Shown: positions 47,645 to 54,826 of the stretch, piece by piece
How positions within the stretch are numbered: the first letter of the stretch is position 1
How the letters are laid out: each line of letters starts with the position of its first letter
Assembly: GCA_963789815.1 (NCBI GenBank)
Contig: CAWBMG010000002.1
Span: 132,886 to 196,885 of the forward strand
Reading direction: 5' to 3'
DNA length: 64,000 nucleotides
Source: an uncultured Acidobacteriota bacterium
GTDB taxonomy: Bacteria > Acidobacteriota > Vicinamibacteria > Vicinamibacterales > UBA2999
Translations under genes and position numbers: made by a program
Notes under the pieces: model-generated
The model's database searches: none
Told to the model about the DNA's origin: nothing
What the model saw: only the letters and a program-made list of their open reading frames with translations

Positions 47645-48460
47645 ATGACAATGCGCAGACCGACAGCGTCTCGTATTCGAGCCGCTCTCGCGGGGCTGAC
47701 CGCAATCGGCCTCGTCGCGTGCAGCCCTCGAGAGCCGACGACCGATGCCGAACGCCTGGCACGCGGGCGGGAGCTCGTTCAACAGATGAGCGAGCGGCTG
47801 GCAGCGGCCACGCAAGCGAGCGTCACGACCACCGAAGTGCGAGACGTGGTGCGTGCGTCCGGCAGGAAGGAATCGGTGCCCATGACGGGCGTGTACACGA
47901 TTCGCCGCCCCGATCGCTTTTACGCCAAGATGACCGGCGGTCGAGGGCTCGAGGCGTGGTACGACGGCAAGCGGCTGACCGTGGCCATCCAGCAAGACAA
48001 GGTCTTCGCGCAGGCGCCGATGCCTGAGACGGTCGACCGGACCTTGGACGCAATCGCCGAGCGGTACGACGTTGCGTTACCACTTGGCGATCTCTTCTAT
48101 AGCTCCCCGCAGAAGGCGCTACTCTCCGAGACGACGACCGGCGGATACGCCGGCACCGAGAGTGTGGGCGACACACCCTGCTACCACCTGGCCTTTCATG
48201 ACGTGGGCGTGGACTGGGAGATCTGGCTTCCGGTGCAGGGCGAGCAGCTGCCGAGGCGCCTGAAGATCGTACAAAAGCGCCGTACCGGTCAGCCGGTGGC
48301 TGACGTGACGTTCGCGGCCTGGAACCTCGCGCCACAGCTCAGCGAGGCCACGTTCGTCGCAAATGTGCCGATGGACTATGAAGGCATCGCCATGCTGCAA
48401 CGGGCCGCGGCAGTCAAGAACACGGCGTCCGCCGAACCTGCGCCGGTCGTCAAGAAGTAG
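47645..48460 (+). CDS. DUF2092 (LolA-like fold) lipoprotein
   Basis: Start at ATG 47645 (MTMRRPTASRIRAALAGLTAIGLVAC, lipobox). TGVYTIRRPDRFYAKMTGGRGLEAWYDGKRLTV...DVALPLGDLFYSSP...CYHLAFHDVGVDWEIWLP matches my memory of DUF2092. Confidence 0.6.
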   Translation: MTMRRPTASRIRAALAGLTAIGLVACSPREPTTDAERLARGRELVQQMSERLAAATQASVTTTEVRDVVRASGRKESVPMTGVYTIRRPDRFYAKMTGGRGLEAWYDGKRLTVAIQQDKVFAQAPMPETVDRTLDAIAERYDVALPLGDLFYSSPQKALLSETTTGGYAGTESVGDTPCYHLAFHDVGVDWEIWLPVQGEQLPRRLKIVQKRRTGQPVADVTFAAWNLAPQLSEATFVANVPMDYEGIAMLQRAAAVKNTASAEPAPVVKK

Positions 48461-48509
48461 TCTCGAGAACGGTCCGGCTTCAGCCAGATGGTTGAAAGGA
48501 GCCCGAATC

Positions 48510-49220
48510 ATGCAGCCACGCAATACGACACGACATCTCATGTGCCTCTTCGTCCTGGGAGCGCTGGTCATATCGATCGGCGTGACACAGCCGTTTGCCC
48601 AAGTGCGCACCGCCCGGCGCGGCGCGGTGGCCAAGGGCGATGACGTAGCTGTGGCGGCCGGACCCAGAGGCGCTGCCGTCAAAGGCGAAGACGGCTACGC
48701 GGCAGCGGGACGGCGTGGCGCGGTCGTCAGCGGTGAGGAAGGCTACGCCGCAGTCGGCAGGCATGGCAACGTCGTGACGGGCGACGACATCGATGTGAAC
48801 GCGGCCGCTGTCGGCCGCCATGGCGCCGTCGTCGTTGGCGAAGAGGGCGCAGCGGCCGTGGGCCGCTATGGCTCCGTGGTGGTCGGCAACCGCTACGAAA
48901 GCTACGAAGCCTGGCGAGCCGTGGCTGCGGTAGGAACCGGCATCGCCATTGGGACAATGCTGGCAAAGCCACCGGCCGCCGCAACGACCGTCGTGGTGAG
49001 CGGATCGACGTACTACTATCACGACAATGTGTACTACACGCGCGTGATGAGCAGTGGAACGGTCACATACCAGGTCGTCGGGCCTCCCGCAGGGGCGATC
49101 ATCACGACGCTCCCAGCAGGCTGCACCAGTGTGAAAGTCGGAGGCACGGCGTACACACAGTGCGGCACCACGTACTACACGCGCGTGTCGACGGGATATC
49201 AAGTGGTCGTGCTGCAGTGA
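48510..49220 (+). CDS. Secreted repeat protein: six ~16-aa Gly/Ala/Val repeats + Tyr-rich C-terminal domain
   Basis: Start moved to ATG 48510 (AAAGGAG upstream), with a signal peptide. Repeats: RRGAVAKGDDVAVA / GPRGAAVKGEDGYAAA / GRRGAVVSGEEGYAAV / GRHGNVVTGDDIDVNAAAV / GRHGAVVVGEEGAAAV / GRYGSVVVGNRYESYE. C-terminal STYYYHDNVYYTRV...TTYYTRVSTGYQVVVLQ. Confidence 0.6.
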   Translation: MQPRNTTRHLMCLFVLGALVISIGVTQPFAQVRTARRGAVAKGDDVAVAAGPRGAAVKGEDGYAAAGRRGAVVSGEEGYAAVGRHGNVVTGDDIDVNAAAVGRHGAVVVGEEGAAAVGRYGSVVVGNRYESYEAWRAVAAVGTGIAIGTMLAKPPAAATTVVVSGSTYYYHDNVYYTRVMSSGTVTYQVVGPPAGAIITTLPAGCTSVKVGGTAYTQCGTTYYTRVSTGYQVVVLQ

Positions 49221-49684
49221 CGCCGGAGGCGAGTGGCGCGGGCTCGAATGGCCGCACGGCATGGCGCGCGTCCGTTCCCGTCGCGCTGCTGCTCGCCGTC
49301 GCGTGCGCGCAGGTGACGCTCGCCAGAACGGCCGGCCTGAGCCCGTGGAAGGGTGGCGGTTTCGGGATGTTCTCGACGACCGACGATGCTGCTCGGCGCC
49401 ATGTGCGGGTGTTCGTGACCGCGCCCGAGCGCTCAGAGGAAATCGCCATCACACCATCACTCGAGGATGCGGCGAGACGAGCCGCAGTGCTGCCAAGTCA
49501 TGACGAGCTCTCGCGACTCGCGCGTCGCGTGGTCGAACGCGAGCGACGGAATGGCCGCCCCGTGGCAGAGGTCCGCATCGAAACGTGGCGCATCGATTAC
49601 GCGCCCGTCACATTGGCCGCGGTCTCGCGCCGCATTCGCAACTTCGTGCACCGTGTGGACGCGACTACTGCACCCCGCCCGTGA
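49217..49684 (+). CDS. Hypothetical membrane-anchored/secreted protein
   Basis: The proposed GTG 49217 overlaps the upstream TGA (GTGA). Hydrophobic SVPVALLLAVACAQV, then GLSPWKGGGFGMFSTTD. The start is uncertain. Confidence 0.4.
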   Translation: MTPEASGAGSNGRTAWRASVPVALLLAVACAQVTLARTAGLSPWKGGGFGMFSTTDDAARRHVRVFVTAPERSEEIAITPSLEDAARRAAVLPSHDELSRLARRVVERERRNGRPVAEVRIETWRIDYAPVTLAAVSRRIRNFVHRVDATTAPRP

Positions 49685-50534
49685 CGAAGATGGCGTCGCC
49701 GACTCCGTCCTCACGCTGACTGCCATCATCCTGCTGCTGCGACCGTTCGACGTCTGGTGGGTGGCTCCCTTCATTCTGGTGGCAGCATGCCTGTCGCTGG
49801 TACTGCGAGCCGTCAGAAGAGCGCCGATCACATGGGTTCTTCTGGCGATGCTCGTGGCGGCCAGGATTGTGCTCGTCTGGCCGCTCTCGGACAATCACAT
49901 CTACCTCCTCGCCTACTGGTGTCTGGCGATCGGGCTGGCTCTCTCGAGTCCCACGCCGGCGGCGACGCTCGCGACGAGCAGTCGGTGGCTCCTCGGCGCC
50001 GCGTTCGCGATGGCGGTCCTGTGGAAATCGGTGCTGTCGCCAGACTACGTGGACGGTCGCTTTTTCAGGGTGACACTGCTGACCGACGAGCGATTTGCCG
50101 ACGCGTCCCTGGTGTTTGGCGGACTGTCGCGCGATCAGATGGTCGAGAACCGCAAGTTCCTCGCGCCGCTGCCGGAGGGAGCGGAGCTCCTCAATCCACC
50201 CGCGTTCGTGGAGCCGCCGCGTCTGCGCGTCTTCGCCTCGGTGGCCACCTGGGGTGGACTGGTGCTGGAATCGCTGATCGCTCTGCTCTGTCTGATCCCG
50301 GTAACGGGCCGAAGCGAGGTCGGCCGACATACGGCGCTGCTCGCGTTCTGCTCCACGACATACGCACTGGCGCCGGTGGCCGGCTTCGGATGGCTGATTG
50401 CGACCATGGGCATTGCACAATGCCAACCCAATCAGCGACGGCTCCGCGGTGCTTATGTCTCAGTGTTTCTCCTGATCCTGCTCTTCTCCGAGATTCCCTG
50501 GACTGGAGTCCTGGCCGCATGGACGGCCCGCTGA
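49653..50534 (+). CDS. Polytopic membrane protein (possibly HTTM-like)
   Basis: C-terminal ~290 aa of track ORF 49467..50534. About 7-8 hydrophobic helices. LSDNHIYLLAYWCLAIGLAL resembles the HTTM N-x-x-Y-L segment. The start (GTG 49653) is uncertain. Confidence 0.45.
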   Translation: MWTRLLHPARDEDGVADSVLTLTAIILLLRPFDVWWVAPFILVAACLSLVLRAVRRAPITWVLLAMLVAARIVLVWPLSDNHIYLLAYWCLAIGLALSSPTPAATLATSSRWLLGAAFAMAVLWKSVLSPDYVDGRFFRVTLLTDERFADASLVFGGLSRDQMVENRKFLAPLPEGAELLNPPAFVEPPRLRVFASVATWGGLVLESLIALLCLIPVTGRSEVGRHTALLAFCSTTYALAPVAGFGWLIATMGIAQCQPNQRRLRGAYVSVFLLILLFSEIPWTGVLAAWTAR

Positions 50535-50566
50535 CCGGAGACCATCAGCGCCACCGAGGCCTCCCC

Positions 50567-51115
50567 TTACGTCTTCTTCTTTGGGGGATAGTTCTTGAAG
50601 ATCTTCGCCACGGCCTCCGTGATGTTCTTGTCCCGCTTCTCGGCCTTCGCTTGGGTGTTGACTTCCTTGACGCCCATGCCGCGCCACACGACCTCCTGCT
50701 TCTTCGCGTCGGCCATATCGACGACGAGCGTGCCCACGAGGATCTCGTTGACGCGCACGTCCGTCGTGCCCCAGCCGCCTCCCCACCCATACCCATAGCC
50801 TCCGTACCCGCCGCCGCCGGTACTGTAGGTGGTGATGTCCTGTTTCTTGTCGAAGGCCACGTGGTAGACGACCACGGCGTCCGGGGTTGAGTCGTTACGG
50901 GTCAGCCCCTTCGCCGCCAGTTCCGTCTCGATGGCCGCGACGATGCGCTTGTCGATCAACGGATCGCCGACCTTCGTTCCGTCCTTGAGGGTGAAGGTCT
51001 TGTATGTCGAGAAGTCCGCCGACTTGTCGAAATCGAAACTGGTTTTCTGGGCCAGCAGGAGCGCGGGCAACACCAGGACGACGGCTGCGACTGCAACAAG
51101 AGATTTCATGACCAT
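50567..51115 (-). CDS. DUF4136 protein (intact copy 2)
   Basis: 182-aa ORF. Signal MVMKSLVAVAAVVLVLPALLLAQ. KTSFDFDKSADFSTYKTFTL...DAVVVYHVAFDKKQDITTYSTGGGGYGGYGYGWGGGWGTTDVRVNEILVGTLVVDMADAKKQEVVWRGMGV...KIFKNYPPKKKT. Confidence 0.8.
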   Translation of the reverse strand: MVMKSLVAVAAVVLVLPALLLAQKTSFDFDKSADFSTYKTFTLKDGTKVGDPLIDKRIVAAIETELAAKGLTRNDSTPDAVVVYHVAFDKKQDITTYSTGGGGYGGYGYGWGGGWGTTDVRVNEILVGTLVVDMADAKKQEVVWRGMGVKEVNTQAKAEKRDKNITEAVAKIFKNYPPKKKT

Positions 51116-51121
51116 CCTCCT

Positions 51122-51808
51122 TCAAAAGCGGAAGCCGAACGTCAGCGGGTAGTAACTGCCGTTGGCGCTGCCACCGCCCGTCTCTGTCGTGCCCACCGGG
51201 GTCGCGGTCTCGATCTCGGGCCCCAGGACGTAGTGAAATCGGGTCTCGACGTAGAACTCCGAGGACTCCCCAATGCCAAACCCCACGCCGCCGCCGATGT
51301 TGAACCCGAAGTCCCAGCCGCCGCGCGATCCGACCACCGCGTCGATGGGATACGTGCCGCACACATACCAATACGGGTCGCAGATGACGCCGTTGCCGAC
51401 GTACTCCGTGATCTCCACCTTGCGGTTGTACATGCCCGGGCCGGCGACGATATAGGGCCGGATGGCGCTTGCGGCCTCCGTCAGGTTTCCGATGACGTTG
51501 AAGTCCAGCTGGTGCACCGTGTGGTTGGCCGAGAATCGCGTCGCCCCAAAGAACGGCGCGTCGTCTTTGATCTCGAACCAGCGGTACGCGTACTCGAACT
51601 GGAAGCCAACGCGGTTACTGGGCCCCTCGAAGATCACCCCGATCGCCGGGCCCCAGCCGTTCCCGAAGTGGTCCCCGAGATCGCCGGCGTTAAAGGTGGG
51701 CCCGCCGCCCAGGTTCACATACACCCGCCTGTCTTGGGCGCTGCCCACCGCGGGCGTGAGCGCCAGAAGAAGGGCGCCGATCAGGACCAACTGTGCGAAT
51801 CGCGTCAT
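51122..51808 (-). CDS. Small beta-barrel outer-membrane protein (intact copy 2)
   Basis: Start moved to ATG 51808 (GGAGGAGG upstream). Signal MTRFAQLVLIGALLLALTPAVGSAQ. Eight-strand-like pattern, terminal ...YYPLTFGFRF. Confidence 0.75.
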   Translation of the reverse strand: MTRFAQLVLIGALLLALTPAVGSAQDRRVYVNLGGGPTFNAGDLGDHFGNGWGPAIGVIFEGPSNRVGFQFEYAYRWFEIKDDAPFFGATRFSANHTVHQLDFNVIGNLTEAASAIRPYIVAGPGMYNRKVEITEYVGNGVICDPYWYVCGTYPIDAVVGSRGGWDFGFNIGGGVGFGIGESSEFYVETRFHYVLGPEIETATPVGTTETGGGSANGSYYPLTFGFRF

Positions 51809-52055
51809 GTCACAAGCCTCCTCCCCTCTGCCGAGCAAGAGACAGGCCACGCCTGCGAACCGAACAGACGCTGACATTCCACCGACAAACTCGCCGGCGC
51901 CGGTGAATCACATCCGCCCCAAGCGACCGTCTCGCCAACCGCCGAGACCTCGCTGACAACATATGGTGACGCACACCAAATCTGAGGCGAGACCAGCCGC
52001 CACAAAAGACTGGGCCGCGGTCCATGTCTTGCACTCGCCGAGGGTCCGCACACCC

Positions 52056-52964
52056 ATGCCCACCGACGATCCGCTTCCGACCGACCCGCCGCCAGGCTTT
52101 ACGCCGATCTACGGACACCTCAATTCTCCGCCTCCGTCAGTCAAGGTGCACGTCGAGTTCGGCGCGCGTTCGCGGCGGGCTCCACTGCGGTCCATCAACG
52201 AGGACCACTACCTGATCCTGCGTGCGGGGAGACACCTGGAAACACTCGTGACGAGTCTCCCCGAAGACGAGATCCCGAAGCGCTTCGACGAGTTCGCGTA
52301 CGGCATGGTCATCGCCGACGGGGTCGGCCGTGGCGGAGAAGTCGCGAGCCGGCTCGCCATCACTACGCTCTCCCACCTCTTGGTTCACTTCGGAAAATGG
52401 AACGTGAGAATCGACGAACCGACGGCGGAGGAAGTGATGGACCGGGCCGAGCGATTCTACAGAGACGTCGATGCAACGATGGTGCAGGCGGGCAAGCACA
52501 GCCCGCTCGGACTGCAGACAACGCTGACAGCTGTTGTCACTGCTGGCAACGAGCTATTCTTCGCGCACGTGGGACATTCACGCGCCTATTTGTTTCGCGA
52601 CGGCAAGCTGCTGAAGTTGACGCACGATCACACGCTCGCCGGCGAGCGCCCGGGCCGAGTGGCGAGCGCGGACCTCACCGGCAGCGCCCGGGATCTGCAT
52701 CACACGCTGACGGAAACGATCGGAAGGACCCGCGCGGGCGGCCCGAGGATCGATGTCGAGCGCTGCGGTATCTTGGACGGCGACATCGTGCTCCTGTGCA
52801 CGAACGGCCTGACCGATGTGGTCGATGACGCACACATCGCCAATGAGCTCCAACGGCACAACACGCCAGACGAACAGTGTCGCGCGCTGGTTGGTCTCAG
52901 CATCGAATCCAAAACGGAAGACGACGTCACCGCGGTCGTGGCGCATTATCACATTCCAGGATGA
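52056..52964 (+). CDS. PP2C-family Ser/Thr protein phosphatase
   Basis: Start moved to ATG 52056, just outside the repeat. Motifs RSINEDHYL, VIADGVGRGGEVASRLA, TLTAVVTAGNELFFAHVGHSRAYLF, LLCTNGLTDVV and DDVTAVV. Confidence 0.8.
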   Translation: MPTDDPLPTDPPPGFTPIYGHLNSPPPSVKVHVEFGARSRRAPLRSINEDHYLILRAGRHLETLVTSLPEDEIPKRFDEFAYGMVIADGVGRGGEVASRLAITTLSHLLVHFGKWNVRIDEPTAEEVMDRAERFYRDVDATMVQAGKHSPLGLQTTLTAVVTAGNELFFAHVGHSRAYLFRDGKLLKLTHDHTLAGERPGRVASADLTGSARDLHHTLTETIGRTRAGGPRIDVERCGILDGDIVLLCTNGLTDVVDDAHIANELQRHNTPDEQCRALVGLSIESKTEDDVTAVVAHYHIPG

Positions 52965-53027
52965 GGCAGGAGTCGCCCGCTTGGCTCGGGCGACTACCTA
53001 GTCCTTAGTGCTTGGTGCTTGGTCCGT

Positions 53028-53061
53028 CCCCGATCCCCGATCCCCGATCCCGATCCCCGAT
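53028..53061. repeat. Heptanucleotide microsatellite (CCCCGAT)x5, one unit 6 nt; G-quadruplex-type G-runs on the minus strand
   Basis: CCCCGAT CCCCGAT CCCCGAT CCCGAT CCCCGAT directly abuts the stop codon (53062-53064) of the AAE transporter gene. It is preceded by GTGCTTG GTGCTTG at about 53008-53021. Confidence 0.9.
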
Positions 53062-54729
53062 CTACCTCGTGAGCATGACAATGACTGGGCCCCATGCCGT
53101 TAGGAGGATGTTCCCGATGGCGTAGGGCACGGTGTATCCGAGAACAGGGATCTTGCTTTGTGCTTCGTCCTGGATTGCTCGCAGCGCCGCCGTGACGGTT
53201 CCCGCTCCGGCGCAGGCGCCGAGCAGGATCAGCGGGTTCATCTTCAGGATATGGCGTCCGAACAACAGCGCCACAAAGTGGGGCGTGGCCGCGACAATGA
53301 ACCCGACGACCAGCAGGCTCGGCCCTGTCTGGCGAAGCCCGCCGACGAACGTGGGGCCCGCGGTCAACCCGACGATGCCAATGAAGACGGCGAGGCCAAC
53401 GGTGTCGAAGATCCACAGAGCTGGTTCCGGGATTCTGCCAAACGTCGGATAGATCGAGCGCAGCCAGCCGAAGATCAGTCCCATGATCAGCGCGCCTCCA
53501 CTCGTCGTGAGCGTGAGTGGAAGCCCTCCGATGTCGAGCGTCAACAGGCCGACCAAACCGCCGACGACAATGCCCAGGCCGAGGAACACGACATCCGACT
53601 CACTGGATGGACGCTCGATGTAGCCCAGCGCCTGCCCTGCCCGCTCCACGTCCCGCGCCGCGCCGGCAAGCCGGAGAAGGTCGCCCCGGTTGATGATGGT
53701 CTCGGGAGCGAAAGGAAGTTCCTCGCCGCCGCGAATCAACTTCGCGAGAGCGACGCCTCGCCCGTGGCGGTGGCCCAGAACCGAGAGCGGCTGCTCCGCC
53801 GCCTCTCCCTTCGTGACGACCACGTCGAGCGTCGCCATCGGAAAGTCGAGAAGCGCGGCGTCATCGACTTCTTGGCCAAGCGGCAGGCTTCCACCGAGCA
53901 ACACTCTCCGCCGGCCTGCGATGGCCACGACATCGCCGCATCGCAGAACGCTCTCCGGCGTGGCATCCATGAGCTCTGCTCCTCGTCGGATGCGTTCCAC
54001 GAAGACACGCTCGGGGCCCGCTGAGCGCTCGAGATCCTTCACTGTCCGGCCCGCCGGGACATCGTCCAGGCGATACGCGCGGATGCTCCATTCCTTATAC
54101 GCGAGGTGAACCTCGTCTGAGGCTCCCTCCACCGACGACCCCTGACTCGCCAGTTTCCGACTCTCTGCCTTCAGGTCGATGCGAAGCAGGCGGGGTGCCG
54201 CGGCCGACAAGAACCAGACGACGAATCCGGTGCCGACGAGATAGCTGACCGCATACGCCACCGGAATGTTGTTCTTCAGCCTCGCCTTCTCGGACTCTGG
54301 CAGATCGAGCCGGTCGATCGTGTCGCTTGCCGTGCCGATGACGGTCGATTCGGTGAACGCGCCGGCCATCAGGCCTGCGGCGGTTCCGCTGTCGTAGCCA
54401 AGCAGTCTCGCAGCCACGACCGTCGTCACCAAACTGGTGACGCAGAATACGACCGTCAGCACGACCTGGGGAAGCGCATTCTTCTTGAGGCCGCGAAAGA
54501 ATTGAGGCCCGACCTTATAGCCGGTGGCAAACAGGAAGAGCGAGAAGAACACCGCCTTGACCGTGGGATCGACTTTGATGTCGAGTTGTCCGATGAGCAC
54601 GCCCGCGATGAGCGTGCCCACGACGTTCCCCAGTTTGAATGACCCTATCTTGATCCGACCAATCACGAACCCCGCAGCCAGAGTCAGGAAGATCGCCAGC
54701 TCCGGGTGGCTTCGAATGGAATTCAGCAT
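53062..54729 (-). CDS. aspT: AAE-family (AspT/YidE/YbjL) transporter with two RCK_C domains; probable aspartate:alanine antiporter
   Basis: Start moved to ATG 54729 (MLNSIRSHPELAIFLTLAAGFVIGRIKIGSFKLGNVVGTLIAGVLIGQL). Two homologous membrane halves flank the central TrkA_C-like segments (GDVVAIAGRRRVL, RGDLLRLAGAARDVE). It lies immediately downstream of aspD, as in the characterised asp operon. Confidence 0.8.
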   Translation of the reverse strand: MLNSIRSHPELAIFLTLAAGFVIGRIKIGSFKLGNVVGTLIAGVLIGQLDIKVDPTVKAVFFSLFLFATGYKVGPQFFRGLKKNALPQVVLTVVFCVTSLVTTVVAARLLGYDSGTAAGLMAGAFTESTVIGTASDTIDRLDLPESEKARLKNNIPVAYAVSYLVGTGFVVWFLSAAAPRLLRIDLKAESRKLASQGSSVEGASDEVHLAYKEWSIRAYRLDDVPAGRTVKDLERSAGPERVFVERIRRGAELMDATPESVLRCGDVVAIAGRRRVLLGGSLPLGQEVDDAALLDFPMATLDVVVTKGEAAEQPLSVLGHRHGRGVALAKLIRGGEELPFAPETIINRGDLLRLAGAARDVERAGQALGYIERPSSESDVVFLGLGIVVGGLVGLLTLDIGGLPLTLTTSGGALIMGLIFGWLRSIYPTFGRIPEPALWIFDTVGLAVFIGIVGLTAGPTFVGGLRQTGPSLLVVGFIVAATPHFVALLFGRHILKMNPLILLGACAGAGTVTAALRAIQDEAQSKIPVLGYTVPYAIGNILLTAWGPVIVMLTR

Positions 54730-54826
54730 GTCGTCATACCAGTCTCCGCGGCACGAAGCCGTTGGCCGCCCGGTCGCCGTGTGGCACCGCCGACGCGATA
54801 GCGCGCGCCGGCGGTGCCGCGACGGG

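Larger units (their letters stand above)
50567..52043. repeat. 1.5-kb dispersed direct repeat, copy 2 (intact genes)
   Basis: See copy 1. Same orientation, 7.9 kb downstream. Confidence 0.85.

Noticed and set aside
53001-53062. Short tandem repeats considered as a possible CRISPR array
   Set aside because: The units are 7 nt with no spacers, so this is a simple microsatellite. No cas genes were seen.
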